The notes under the pieces: model-generated
The model's database searches: none
What the model was told of the DNA's origin: nothing
What the model saw: only the letters and a program-made list of their open reading frames with translations
Part shown: positions 38,007 through 48,640 of the stretch, piece after piece
Layout of the letters: every line of letters starts with the position of its first letter
Numbering within the stretch: position 1 is the stretch's first letter
Program-made: the position numbers and the translations under genes
Assembly (NCBI GenBank): GCA_045613905.1
Contig: JAZLBW010000002.1
Location: 68,502-132,501, forward strand
Direction: 5' to 3'
DNA from: Candidatus Caccoplasma sp.
GTDB lineage: Bacteria > Bacteroidota > Bacteroidia > Bacteroidales > G3-4614
Length of the DNA stretch: 64,000 nucleotides

Positions 38007-39005
38007 ATGAGAATATATTATACGCTGATTTTAGTTTTTAGTCTTTTATGCTTTAGTTCGTTTGCACAATACAGGGAGGATGAGTTAGGAGAAGGGTTGA
38101 TATGCAGAATCATTGATATGGAAGATGACTATGAGGGTAAGGTTATTTGTACTCTTATTAAAAGAGAGGCTACGGAAAAGAGCGACAAAGCTCTGCTTTA
38201 TGTTCATGGTTTTAACGACTACTTTTTCCAAACCGAAATGGCAGACCGATTTAATGCCGAAGGATACAACTTTTATGCTATCGACTTGCGTAAATACGGG
38301 CGTTCTATCCTACCCAACCAAACGCGTTGCAATGCAAGGAGTATAGATGAATATTTTGCCGATTTGGATAGTGCTGTTAATATTATAAAAAGCGAAGGGA
38401 ATAGCTCTATTGTCCTTATGGGTCACTCAACAGGAGGGCTTACAACTTCGCTGTATTGCCACTCTAAAGGCGACAACTGCCCCGTTGATGCTCTGATTTT
38501 GAACAGTCCGTTCTTTAAATTCAATATGGGAGAGTTGCTCAACGACTACGTTATTCCTGTTGTTGCAACCATAGCTCCCATGATTCCAACAATTAATATT
38601 CCGCAAGGAGCTTCAACTGCATATGCAGAGAGTCTTTTAAAGGATTATCATGGAGAGTGGAAATTTGACACAGACAAAAAACTTATGCTCTCACCCGATG
38701 TTACCACCGATTGGATTTCGGCTATATACAATGCTCAAAAAGTTGTGTGGAGTGGATTGGATATTAAAGTTCCAGTTCTTGCAATGTACTCCGACAATAG
38801 TGTTGACGGCAACGAATGGAGCGAAGATTTTATGCATGGTGATGCAGTTTTAAATGTAAGAGATATTGCAAAATACTCTCAAACTTTAGGCAATAATGTT
38901 CAACGTGCAAAAATTGTTGGTGGCATACACGACCTACTATGCTCTCGCCCCGAAGTCAGAGAGAGAGCATATAGGTACATATTTTACTTTTTAATGAGGA
39001 ATTAG
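38007..39005 (+). CDS. alpha/beta hydrolase (lysophospholipase/monoacylglycerol lipase-like)
   Basis: Signal peptide, HGFND oxyanion region, nucleophile elbow GHSTGG and a C-terminal GGIHD. The last codons (ATG AGG AAT TAG) lie in an element-like AATGAGGAATTAG string. Confidence 0.8.
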   Translation: MRIYYTLILVFSLLCFSSFAQYREDELGEGLICRIIDMEDDYEGKVICTLIKREATEKSDKALLYVHGFNDYFFQTEMADRFNAEGYNFYAIDLRKYGRSILPNQTRCNARSIDEYFADLDSAVNIIKSEGNSSIVLMGHSTGGLTTSLYCHSKGDNCPVDALILNSPFFKFNMGELLNDYVIPVVATIAPMIPTINIPQGASTAYAESLLKDYHGEWKFDTDKKLMLSPDVTTDWISAIYNAQKVVWSGLDIKVPVLAMYSDNSVDGNEWSEDFMHGDAVLNVRDIAKYSQTLGNNVQRAKIVGGIHDLLCSRPEVRERAYRYIFYFLMRN

Positions 39006-39022
39006 CTCGTGGCTAAAGCAAC

Positions 39023-39058
39023 AATTAGAAATTATTTCTAATTTCTAATTTCTAATTT
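39023..39058. repeat. TTAG-heptamer element, copy G
   Basis: Hairpin AATTAGAAA-TTA-TTTCTAATT followed by two further TCTAATT units. Lies between convergent stop codons. Confidence 0.65.
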
Positions 39059-39926
39059 AGTAAGAGACACTCATATCGGTTGGTACAGCTATGTAGTAGT
39101 CGGCTCTACCTCTGTTTTCTTCATCGAGTGACGATATATCATCCTGACGTACGTTGCATATTGTTACCACGCTTAATTGTGGGGCATACTCTGCAAGATA
39201 GGGTACTATACCTTGTTTGAAATCGGAATGGTAATTTCCTTGTATATGCAAAAAGTGTTTTGCATTACTCTTTGCTATATTCCAAGCCATTGTAGCATCT
39301 TTTATGGCTTGTGCTTGTGCCATATACTCAGCATTTGATTCACTCTTTGAGAAAAGTTGCATCATTGCAAACATTGAGTTCTCCTCATCTGCCTTAAAAG
39401 TTATAGGCAACGAAGGGAGATACGTTTTTGCCTCTACCGAGAGCGAATCTAAATATTGCAATCCCTTATTCTTAACCACATTTGCATATCGACGCGGAAC
39501 ATTTGTTGCCACAAAAGGGATAGAATTCTCTTTTGCAAAGTATAGGAATGGATAGTAATCGGTTGAGTAGTTAGGCCATAGACGTGCTTCGTCTTCAAAG
39601 CGATCGTATGTGATTACGCTTTGCATATATTCATCTAAAATCAATTGGTTATCCGACTCAAACATTTCGGCTCCCATAGCAAAGTTTTTGCCATGCTCTG
39701 CATATAGCGAACGTGCTATTTCAAACTCCAACCAATGGACTATTGCACAGTTGTGTATTTCGCCCAACAAAACCACGTTGTACGACGATAACTCTCTGAC
39801 CAGGGTTTCATATCCTATCTCCTTGCCTTGGGTATCGAATATGGTGTAAGCCTTTTTGTATCCTTTTTGCGAAAACACAGATATGGATATGAGCATCACA
39901 AAAAGCAATATGGTGTATTTTTTCAT
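39057..39926 (-). CDS. ChaN/Tiki superfamily lipoprotein (haem-binding uptake-like, Cofac_haem_bdg)
   Basis: Signal peptide. Motifs VVLLGEIHNCAIVH, GAEMFESDNQ and ATNVPRR match the ChaN family pattern. Confidence 0.7.
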   Translation of the reverse strand: MKKYTILLFVMLISISVFSQKGYKKAYTIFDTQGKEIGYETLVRELSSYNVVLLGEIHNCAIVHWLEFEIARSLYAEHGKNFAMGAEMFESDNQLILDEYMQSVITYDRFEDEARLWPNYSTDYYPFLYFAKENSIPFVATNVPRRYANVVKNKGLQYLDSLSVEAKTYLPSLPITFKADEENSMFAMMQLFSKSESNAEYMAQAQAIKDATMAWNIAKSNAKHFLHIQGNYHSDFKQGIVPYLAEYAPQLSVVTICNVRQDDISSLDEENRGRADYYIAVPTDMSVSY

Positions 39927-39932
39927 ATCTCT

Positions 39933-42764
39933 CTATTTTTTATAATTTCCTATATACAATAGTATGGCGCGTTGGGGGTGAAGATAGTTGTTAAACGACT
40001 CTTGTAAACTCTGCGGTGTAATCTCCGACAGCACATCTTCATATCTGTCGTAATCAGCCAAACTCTCCCCGCTTTTTAAAAGATTTGTCAAATTGTTTTT
40101 CCAATCGGCTGTTGCCTGTTCGTTTAGCACCTGACGTTTTGTTACAATAAAAGAGCGTTTCATTGTTTGCAACTCTACTTCGGTTACAGGATTTGTTTTT
40201 AACGAGTTTACTATTGACGATATCAACTCCTCGGCAAATACCATGTTGTGATTATCCACAGCCGCCATAAAATCGAAATAGAATGTCTGCTGTGGTTCTC
40301 CGTTATAGGTCATCGCCACATAGGGTGAGTATGCTATATTTTCTCTCTCACGAAGCACTTTTAAGAAGCGGTCTTGCAAAACATCTCTCATTAGTTTAAG
40401 CGTCAGTGAGTTTTTAAGAGAGGGTGTATAGTTTCCTGCCAATATGTAATCAAATGCCGTCTGTTCGGTGTTATCACTTTCGAATGCCTCGCTGTAATAC
40501 TCACAAGGAAGTGAGTATGGTTGCGAGTTGTATTCAAACGATTCTTCTGTGGTTTTCATATCGGCAAATGAAGATACCATCAACTCCGCCATCTCATCTG
40601 CATCAAAACAACCTGTAAGCAAGATTGTTGTTCCCTTGGGGTTTGAAAAAAGACGAGTGTAATATGTTGCTATTGAGTCGAGATTCAAATTCTCGATATC
40701 CTCCACCCTTCTTGCTCTTACGTCTTTATGCGAGGTATTACCCAATATGTAATCCATACGATTTACCAACATTCGGTCAGAATCACGTTTCATCATTTTT
40801 TGAAGCAGTGTCTCATCGCCAAAGGATGCAACTTCATCTGCTCTTACCTCTTCAAAATCGGAATAGCAACGTTCGGGACGGTGTATCTTCTCATAAACGA
40901 GATTAAACAACTCTCCTGCTTTTGAGGTGGGCGATGATGCCAAAAGTTCGTGCCAATGGGTACTTATTCCTGTGTTCATTGCCATTGAGTTCTGCATCAT
41001 ATATGTTGTTATCGTATCGTAAGGCACAGCCTCAATAACTCCCATCTCCATATATCCCGCAGTGGAATCGTATTTGTAGAGGTCGTCGTTTGATAAGTCG
41101 GCAACACCGCCTCGGGCAAAGAGTATCAACTGAACTCTATCCGAACCGTCTTGAGTGGGACGCAACAAAATCCGCAATCCGTTTTTAAGATTTATCTCCC
41201 TTACAGATATGTTCTCGTAGTAGTATGTCGATTCCACATCTTCGGGTTTATAAGATTTTGTAACTTTCAAACATTCGGGAGTTGAAACCACATCCTCCTC
41301 AATAACCTCTTTTTGTTTATACACAAAGGGCGATGCTTGAAGTTGCGCACCTCGTCTCCAAGCCTCATCAATATCTTTTTCCGAAATACTCTCGCCATCG
41401 CCAAAATGGTTTGTATAGGCGACAAGGAGGGTTTCGTTCTTGTAGTCAATCCATCGTTTAAGCATCCATTTCAATTGGCGTGCTTCGGTTGTCAGAATTT
41501 TTTCAACCAATCGTTCCATCTCCGATTCAGTTTGAATGTATCTGTCGCCTGAGATTATGTAATCGGCAAAGTCATCGCACCACATTGCCGATGGCAGTAC
41601 TCCATCCGAGACTTTGAGCGAGTGCAACATGCTTCGTTTAACTTCCGCCATTTCGTCGGGGGTAAATCCATTATGCCAAACATAGTGCAGTTCAGATACC
41701 AATTCCGATATTTGTTGTAATAATGCTTCTCTATTCTCTCCTGAGAACGAGAATACCAAATGCTTTTTATCTGCAAGATACCATGAATCTGATATTGAGA
41801 CGTTCATTCCGCGCGCAGATAGCCTATTTGACAATGCACGCACCAAGAGATTATCCAACTCTCGGCGATATACCGTCTCCAATGTTTTTCCCACAATTGC
41901 CTTGTGAGGAATTATAAGTTCCAACTTTGATTTGCGTATCAAAGTATCGCGAACCTCTTTTATTTGTGTTCCTTTTTTATAGGTCAAAGGATATGTTTCG
42001 TATCCTTCGGGGGTGTGCGAAGACACAGATGAGAATATCTTCTCTATTTTTTGTTTCACGTCAAGGGTATCGACCATTCCAACAACAACCACTGATGCCA
42101 ATTGTGGTGTGTACCAATGACTATAAAACCCTTTAAGTTTTTTATTATCTACTCGTTTTATATCTTTTTCTCTACCAAGAGGTAGATGGTCGGCAAAACG
42201 TCCGTTGCCTATTTTCAAAGAATAGAAATTATCGTCTAATTGGTAACCACGAAGTTCCTCCAATATCACTCCCCTCTCTTTCTTTATCCTCTCACTATCA
42301 AAGGTAATACCACACAACCAATCGCGAAGTGCCATGAGCGAAGTATCTATCGCTGCATCGCATTGATTATCGACTGGTACGGTTACTGCGTATATTGTAC
42401 GGTCGTAACCTGTATAGGCATTTATATCGCGTCCGAATTTCATACCCACACTCTCCCAATACTCTATCATCTTACGTTCGGGGAAGTTGTCGGTTCCCAA
42501 GAATGCGGCATGCTCAAGGAAGTGAGCCACTCCCTTCTCCCTGCCACTCTCTTGTACCGAACCCAAACGCATTACCAAACGCATCTCAACGCTGTTTGAT
42601 GGATGTGAGTTGGAACGTATCATATAGTGCAATCCATTATTGAGCCATCCCTCCACAGTATTAGAAGGAAGCTCAATCGGCATCTTATCCGACACCGACT
42701 GAGCATAAATGGGTTGCACTAAAATAGTGAGTATAAATAGCGATATTATTCGCAACAACTTCAT
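39933..42764 (-). CDS. M16 family (insulinase/pitrilysin-like) zinc peptidase, double-length
   Basis: 943 aa with a signal peptide and the inverted zinc motif HFLEHAAF (HxxEH). Confidence 0.85.
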   Translation of the reverse strand: MKLLRIISLFILTILVQPIYAQSVSDKMPIELPSNTVEGWLNNGLHYMIRSNSHPSNSVEMRLVMRLGSVQESGREKGVAHFLEHAAFLGTDNFPERKMIEYWESVGMKFGRDINAYTGYDRTIYAVTVPVDNQCDAAIDTSLMALRDWLCGITFDSERIKKERGVILEELRGYQLDDNFYSLKIGNGRFADHLPLGREKDIKRVDNKKLKGFYSHWYTPQLASVVVVGMVDTLDVKQKIEKIFSSVSSHTPEGYETYPLTYKKGTQIKEVRDTLIRKSKLELIIPHKAIVGKTLETVYRRELDNLLVRALSNRLSARGMNVSISDSWYLADKKHLVFSFSGENREALLQQISELVSELHYVWHNGFTPDEMAEVKRSMLHSLKVSDGVLPSAMWCDDFADYIISGDRYIQTESEMERLVEKILTTEARQLKWMLKRWIDYKNETLLVAYTNHFGDGESISEKDIDEAWRRGAQLQASPFVYKQKEVIEEDVVSTPECLKVTKSYKPEDVESTYYYENISVREINLKNGLRILLRPTQDGSDRVQLILFARGGVADLSNDDLYKYDSTAGYMEMGVIEAVPYDTITTYMMQNSMAMNTGISTHWHELLASSPTSKAGELFNLVYEKIHRPERCYSDFEEVRADEVASFGDETLLQKMMKRDSDRMLVNRMDYILGNTSHKDVRARRVEDIENLNLDSIATYYTRLFSNPKGTTILLTGCFDADEMAELMVSSFADMKTTEESFEYNSQPYSLPCEYYSEAFESDNTEQTAFDYILAGNYTPSLKNSLTLKLMRDVLQDRFLKVLRERENIAYSPYVAMTYNGEPQQTFYFDFMAAVDNHNMVFAEELISSIVNSLKTNPVTEVELQTMKRSFIVTKRQVLNEQATADWKNNLTNLLKSGESLADYDRYEDVLSEITPQSLQESFNNYLHPQRAILLYIGNYKK

Positions 42765-42774
42765 TCTTATTTTT

Positions 42775-44046
42775 TTATCTTGTAATCATTGAATATGTTA
42801 CCTCTACATTTAGGTAACCGTATGTATTAGTCATAGCAAATGGGAAGACAAATTTAAATGTTCCTTTCTCAAAATCGTATGAAGCAGATGGCTCCACCCA
42901 ATCAGATGGTTCGTTTCCAATACCGTCTTCAGAAATTGTAGTTGTGAACAAATATTCTTTAGGATCTAATGATGCTCCATACTCAAACAAATCTCCTAAT
43001 GTATATTCTGCCATATCTCCTTCTCCGGACTCATCAACTTCTACAACCTCTTCAGATTTTGCTTGAAGTTTGTTCCATAATGAGTAATTATATTCAAATG
43101 GCACTGTTCCAAACATATCTCCCCACTCATCTTCTTCCTCTTTCACAAATGTAATAGCATTGTCGCTCTCCATTACAATATTATCAAGAGTCATTTCAAA
43201 TGTCTCTGTTGATGCCACATAGTATTTGTCATCATCTCCGGGTGTATAACCAACTGCATTCATTACAGCCATTGAGTATGGTGCATAATACCAACTTTCC
43301 CAAACATCTTCTGTTGAGTTTTTACGCAACATCTCGAACATAAAGTCGTTCATTCCCATTGGGTTTGAAACCATTTTCAAAACAGGTTTCTCAGGTGTTG
43401 CATTCTCGCTCAATGTGATTATAGTCTCTCCTGTAAATGTACGAGAATCGTTACCGTCATTGAAGTAATTTTTATCTTCTCCTTCAAAATAAGGGAATGA
43501 TACTTTTACAGAGCAATTCAATTTACCCAACATGCGATATAGGTCTATCCCAAGACTCTCTTTATAGCCTGCAATCAATGCTTTTTGCTCCTCTGTCAAA
43601 TCGCCTACTTGTGCAACAGGTGTAACTTTTATTACCCAAGGATTACTCAATACTATTTTATCGTTGCTTGAAGATGCAATTGTCAATGTTACAGATTGCT
43701 CTGCAATTAAAGAGTTGCGGTTATTTGAATACACCTTAACTTGCGCTGTTTTTGTATTTGCAGGTATTTCGACAACACTGTTCTCAAGACGAAGAATATC
43801 TCCCTCGTTACCGGTCAAAGCAAAGTTAATTGTTGTTGCCTCCTCAACAAAATATGATAACAACACATCCACTACAACAGGCTCTGTTGCATCCTCTGCT
43901 ATTGTTGTTACTCCTGCAGTACCTCCATTTACGCTCAATTGAACGTAGTTGGTCATCTTGGTTTTGTCATCGCCATCATTTGCACATGATGTCAACGCAA
44001 CTATTGGCAAAAAAGCCAATAAGAATAAAAGATTTTTTAGTTTCAT
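42775..44046 (-). CDS. hypothetical surface lipoprotein (PUL accessory)
   Basis: Lipobox LTSC. 423 aa. Sits immediately downstream of the SusD-like gene, as SusE/F-type accessory lipoproteins do. Confidence 0.6.
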   Translation of the reverse strand: MKLKNLLFLLAFLPIVALTSCANDGDDKTKMTNYVQLSVNGGTAGVTTIAEDATEPVVVDVLLSYFVEEATTINFALTGNEGDILRLENSVVEIPANTKTAQVKVYSNNRNSLIAEQSVTLTIASSSNDKIVLSNPWVIKVTPVAQVGDLTEEQKALIAGYKESLGIDLYRMLGKLNCSVKVSFPYFEGEDKNYFNDGNDSRTFTGETIITLSENATPEKPVLKMVSNPMGMNDFMFEMLRKNSTEDVWESWYYAPYSMAVMNAVGYTPGDDDKYYVASTETFEMTLDNIVMESDNAITFVKEEEDEWGDMFGTVPFEYNYSLWNKLQAKSEEVVEVDESGEGDMAEYTLGDLFEYGASLDPKEYLFTTTISEDGIGNEPSDWVEPSASYDFEKGTFKFVFPFAMTNTYGYLNVEVTYSMITR

Positions 44047-44085
44047 AATAATTTGTTTTAAGTTAGTATTTATAGTTTTATTGTT

Positions 44086-45468
44086 TTATCTGTTTATAGG
44101 CCATCCTTCGTTTTGTGACACTGCTTCGTTATAACGATACTCCGATGCAGGAATAGGAAATATCCATTTATAATCATCCTTTTTTATAATTGAATAGGTT
44201 GATTTTCCCCATGCAGTATAGCGGATTATATCTCTGTTGCCTATACGTTTGAGGTCAAAATAGTTTACTCCCTCACCCACAAACTCATTTAACTTCTCTG
44301 ACACAATTCTATCTATCAATTCATCTCCCGAAAGAGTGTTAGGTATAAGATTTGCCCCACACAAAGATAGGTAATGATTTAATTTTGAAATACCATTTGC
44401 CTCCTCGCCATCACGGCAATAGGCTTCGGCTGCAATAAAATATGCTTCAGCATATCGCATCATATCAACATAGGTATTTGCCTCCCCTTCTCTGTTGTTT
44501 TTGTTGTACTTACCAAAAAGATTTCTACTCTCATACGCCATTGTAAAGGGATATATGTTATACTCCTTTCGTACATCGTTTGAGGAATACTCTATTTTGG
44601 GATTTACAGCAAAATAGTCTCCGTTTGGCTCATCGTATTGCAGAGTGTTATAATATGGGTTTGAATTATAAAAAGCAAATATTCTACCCTCATACGAGTT
44701 TGCGCTCCAAAGATAGCGATAATTTGCTCCCGTAAACCAACCATCTTCTACATTTTTTAATACCTCCTCGGCATATTGTGCAGCTTTTTGGTAATTTCCC
44801 GCATACAGCTCCAACTGCGACAGAATATGATATACTGCTTTTTGTGACAACCATCCGTTTTTAGCGGGTGTATTATTTACCGTCAAAGCTTCTATCAATA
44901 GATCTCTTATATAATTTACACATGCCGTTTTTGACGAACGGGCAACCACCTCAACTCCGATTCTGGTTTTTATTACCACGCCGTCTGCATCGGGATTCTT
45001 ATCGTATGGAGTTGCAAAGAGACGCAAAAGATTAAAATAGCACAATGCTTTTAATGTCTTTACCTCGCTTGTTATCGCTGCTTTTTCACTCTCCTCTGCC
45101 GTAGTCGCGGTAGCCACATTGGGAATTCGCTCCAACAACACATCGCAAAAGGCAATTGTAGTGTAGTATGTACTCCAGACCTCGCTTGCCAATTCGTTTA
45201 TGGAGTTGTCTTGCCAACGATAGAGGTTTTGTTGCGACACATCTTTACCCAAAAGGTTTGTAGGACAAAAATCGTTGCCCAATATCGATAGCTGATATTC
45301 ATAATGCGGATATGAGATATATGCCGATGTCAATAGTGAACGAGCCGATGAAACGGTTGAGATTGCATCGGGATCGGAGAATTGATCGGGAGGCGGGATA
45401 TTCAACGAACATCCACAAAATATTGCTACCAAAGGTATGCATATAAGATATTTAACTATGCTCTTCAT
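44086..45468 (-). CDS. RagB/SusD family nutrient-binding outer membrane lipoprotein
   Basis: Lipobox FCGC. TPR-like SusD architecture. Directly follows the SusC-like gene. Confidence 0.85.
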   Translation of the reverse strand: MKSIVKYLICIPLVAIFCGCSLNIPPPDQFSDPDAISTVSSARSLLTSAYISYPHYEYQLSILGNDFCPTNLLGKDVSQQNLYRWQDNSINELASEVWSTYYTTIAFCDVLLERIPNVATATTAEESEKAAITSEVKTLKALCYFNLLRLFATPYDKNPDADGVVIKTRIGVEVVARSSKTACVNYIRDLLIEALTVNNTPAKNGWLSQKAVYHILSQLELYAGNYQKAAQYAEEVLKNVEDGWFTGANYRYLWSANSYEGRIFAFYNSNPYYNTLQYDEPNGDYFAVNPKIEYSSNDVRKEYNIYPFTMAYESRNLFGKYNKNNREGEANTYVDMMRYAEAYFIAAEAYCRDGEEANGISKLNHYLSLCGANLIPNTLSGDELIDRIVSEKLNEFVGEGVNYFDLKRIGNRDIIRYTAWGKSTYSIIKKDDYKWIFPIPASEYRYNEAVSQNEGWPINR

Positions 45469-45480
45469 TATTGGTGGATG

Positions 45481-48400
45481 TTAGAATGTTAAACTCATGT
45501 TGATTGTATATACAGGTTGCAGAGTTCCTGCAAGTGTACCACTCTCAGGGTCTGACTCGCTATACTTTGTCCATGTATATATGTTTGATGCCTGAAATGC
45601 AAAGTTTGCATACTTTACAAACTTTATATGTTGAGCCAACCATTTGGGTGGCACTCTGTAACGGAATGATATCAATGACAACCTCAAATAATCGCTACTT
45701 CCCACAGTCAATGAGTTTGGATAGAGCGAAATGTTATTCTCTGCCGTTACCGATGTATAGTATGGTGTAGGATAGAGTTTGTCTTGGTCTCCCGGACGGA
45801 ACCACATATTTTCGGTTTGCCCTGCCACTGCATTCTTATGCACATCGTCTTTTGTTCTTACATAAGAGTAGTTGTATCGTTGTATTCCTCCAAGTGCATA
45901 GTAGAAATCGACATCCAAATCGAACCAACGATAGGTTAATGTGAATTTAAAACTTCCTGTATATGGAGGTGTTGAATACCCCAATGCTATTACATCCTCT
46001 TGTTTTAGAGTTTCTGTTGCCTGTTTCTCTGTTCCGTCGGGCAACAAAAATACAGGATAGCCTGTCAACGGATTTATTCCCAATGAATAGGGTCCGTACA
46101 GCATATCGTATGATTTGCCAACCTCGTAATCGGGAACGATTGACTCCTCAGAGGTATATATCTTATCGGTATAATACAAATCAAGAACTTTGTTTTTGTT
46201 ATAAGCCATATTAGCCCCTACAATGAAGGTCCAATTATACAAATCTACCAATTTTGCATTAAGGCTTAACTCCACTCCCTGATTTTGTAACGCACCTATG
46301 TTTCGTTTAAGCGAAGTGTATCCTGTTGAAGCAGGTATTGGCACATCCAAAAGCGCATCTTCTGTTTTACGGTTATACCAATTTGCATCTATTGTCAAAC
46401 GTTTAAAGAACTCGAGGCTCAATCCTGCATCAATAGATTTTGTCTGCTCAGGGCGAAGGTCGCTGTTATAGAGCGACAAGAGGTCGAGAGGTCGTTGACT
46501 TTCGTATTTCGATGTTGAATATGCAAAACTTGCCACTGTTGAAGATATTGATACGCCATTCAAGTTAGCCATATATCCATACGAAGCCTTTAAGTTAAGA
46601 TTTGTAAGCACTCGCTGACGTTTAAAGAACTTATATTGCGATGGTGTCCAACCTGCACCCACTGCCCATGCACTGTTCCAGCGTTTATCGGCAGGAAGCA
46701 CAGACGATGCATCCAATTTGTACGTGGCAAAGAGGTCGTAAGTTCCGTCATAGGTATAACCGCTTACAACTCCTATTCCTATTTGTGCGCTCTTATCTCG
46801 CAGTCCGCTGACATAGGGTTGACGATTTCCCTGCAACGATTGGTTTATTGCCGCAGCCGAATTGATTGTTCCAACTCCATATCCTCGCATCAAGACGTTA
46901 TCGGAGGTTGTCATATAGTAGTCGGTGTTTGCTCCAATTGTGAAATCGTGCTTATCTTTGAATGTCTTACTATAAGTTATACGGACATTGGATGATATAT
47001 TTATGGTGGATAGTTTTGATTTTGAGTATATTCCTCGCTCCTCCTCCGGCACTCCCGAGTGAACTTCGCTATAGGCTGTCGATGGAGTAAATTGTTGATT
47101 TTCTGCCAAAAGAAAGTTTACTCCACCCACTGCCGCAATATCCAAACCCGACACAGGTGTTATAGTTATGCTTGCAGTTGCTCCCGCATCTGTATCTGTT
47201 CCTTTTTCAGAGAATTGGTTCATTAAATCGGAGTAGGTTCGCCCCGGATTAGACCACAACTCTCCTATCTTTTGTTCATATGGGTTAAGGTCGTAAACCA
47301 AAGAGGCAGGATCGTTTGTTGTTCCGTTAGGTGTATTTGTTTCAGAGTAACCTCCATTTACGCTAATCATCAAATAACCAATATTTCCTAAACGTTGGTC
47401 GAGATTCAATCTCAAACTCATTCTCTCCTTATCGTTACCCGGAATTCTACCGCCCTGTTGGGTGTAATTGGCAGAGACGTAGTATGATGTTGCACTACTA
47501 CCTCCTTTTACACTTAGATTGTGTTTTTGATAGAGACTTGTATGAAGAAGTTCATCAAACCAATCGGTGTTTATATTACGCATGGAGTCGAGTTTTAATG
47601 CTCCTTGCGCTATTAGGTTCGACAAATTTGGATCGTTTGAGTGGTATCTATTGTAGTAATCAGCACTATATCGGTAGCCGGGAGTTTCGGGGTTTTGAAT
47701 TAGACGTTCCAGCTCCAGCTTCTCGGCAGAGTTCATCATCTCAATTCCTCTGCGTCCGCGAGCCGTTACACCCATATTCATATTGTAGTTTACCGAGGTC
47801 TTGCCCTCATAGCCACGTTTTGATGTAATCTCAAGCACTCCGTTTGCAGCCTTAACTCCATACAACGCGCAAGCGGCAGCATCTTTTAAGACCTTTATAT
47901 CTTGAATATCGGAAGCATTTAGATTATAGAATGTCTCGGAAGTGATAACCTGACCGTCCATAACATAGAGAGGCTCGTTTGTTACGTTACCTTTGCGAAG
48001 TGAAGAGTTTCCGCGAATACGGATTTCGGGAACTGCTCCCAACTCTCCTGTGTTTATAATGCTCAATCCCGGGACAGAACCTTGTAGAGCCAAGCCCATG
48101 TCAATCATGGGTTTCTCCTCAACGCGCTTTACGTCTATTGACTGAACTACTCCCGAGCGCGCACGAATATCTATCTCATTAATGTTTGTTTTTGCCGACA
48201 CCACAACTTCATCGAGTTGTGCAGCATCTTCGGTCAAAACCACATCAATGACTTTTTCTCCTCTATATTTTACGGTTTTAGTTGTCATTCCCAAGAATGA
48301 GAACTCTATTACCGCACCGTTATATACTCCTACAAGTTGATAATTTCCGTCAATATCTGTTACCGTTCCCAACTTTGCCTCAACTATTCTAACTGCTACT

Positions 48401-48516
48401 CCGGGCAAAGGATTACGTTCGGTATCCATGACATTTCCCTCTACCTTTTTTTGTGCAACAATTAAGAGTGGGAAACATAAAATTATCAATGTCAGCAATA
48501 TTCTATTATGCCACAT
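45481..48516 (-). CDS. SusC/RagA family TonB-linked outer membrane transporter
   Basis: 1011 aa with an N-terminal carboxypeptidase-regulatory-like domain (GNVMDTERNPLPGVAV), plug and barrel. C-terminal residue is F. Confidence 0.9.
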   Translation of the reverse strand: MWHNRILLTLIILCFPLLIVAQKKVEGNVMDTERNPLPGVAVRIVEAKLGTVTDIDGNYQLVGVYNGAVIEFSFLGMTTKTVKYRGEKVIDVVLTEDAAQLDEVVVSAKTNINEIDIRARSGVVQSIDVKRVEEKPMIDMGLALQGSVPGLSIINTGELGAVPEIRIRGNSSLRKGNVTNEPLYVMDGQVITSETFYNLNASDIQDIKVLKDAAACALYGVKAANGVLEITSKRGYEGKTSVNYNMNMGVTARGRRGIEMMNSAEKLELERLIQNPETPGYRYSADYYNRYHSNDPNLSNLIAQGALKLDSMRNINTDWFDELLHTSLYQKHNLSVKGGSSATSYYVSANYTQQGGRIPGNDKERMSLRLNLDQRLGNIGYLMISVNGGYSETNTPNGTTNDPASLVYDLNPYEQKIGELWSNPGRTYSDLMNQFSEKGTDTDAGATASITITPVSGLDIAAVGGVNFLLAENQQFTPSTAYSEVHSGVPEEERGIYSKSKLSTINISSNVRITYSKTFKDKHDFTIGANTDYYMTTSDNVLMRGYGVGTINSAAAINQSLQGNRQPYVSGLRDKSAQIGIGVVSGYTYDGTYDLFATYKLDASSVLPADKRWNSAWAVGAGWTPSQYKFFKRQRVLTNLNLKASYGYMANLNGVSISSTVASFAYSTSKYESQRPLDLLSLYNSDLRPEQTKSIDAGLSLEFFKRLTIDANWYNRKTEDALLDVPIPASTGYTSLKRNIGALQNQGVELSLNAKLVDLYNWTFIVGANMAYNKNKVLDLYYTDKIYTSEESIVPDYEVGKSYDMLYGPYSLGINPLTGYPVFLLPDGTEKQATETLKQEDVIALGYSTPPYTGSFKFTLTYRWFDLDVDFYYALGGIQRYNYSYVRTKDDVHKNAVAGQTENMWFRPGDQDKLYPTPYYTSVTAENNISLYPNSLTVGSSDYLRLSLISFRYRVPPKWLAQHIKFVKYANFAFQASNIYTWTKYSESDPESGTLAGTLQPVYTINMSLTF

Positions 48517-48574
48517 TTCCTTTTTTTACCTCTCTATAGTATTATACTCAAATACCATATGTTTTTTATTGCCA

Positions 48575-48582
48575 CAAATTTA
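48575..48582 (-). promoter_or_regulatory. -7 promoter box TAAATTTG upstream of the SusC-like gene
   Basis: Exact TAnnTTTG match 59 bp upstream of ATG 48516. Confidence 0.45.
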
Positions 48583-48640
48583 CCAAATTATACGATAAAA
48601 AGAAAGGAATAACAACAAAAATAGAGAAAAATGGCACAAT

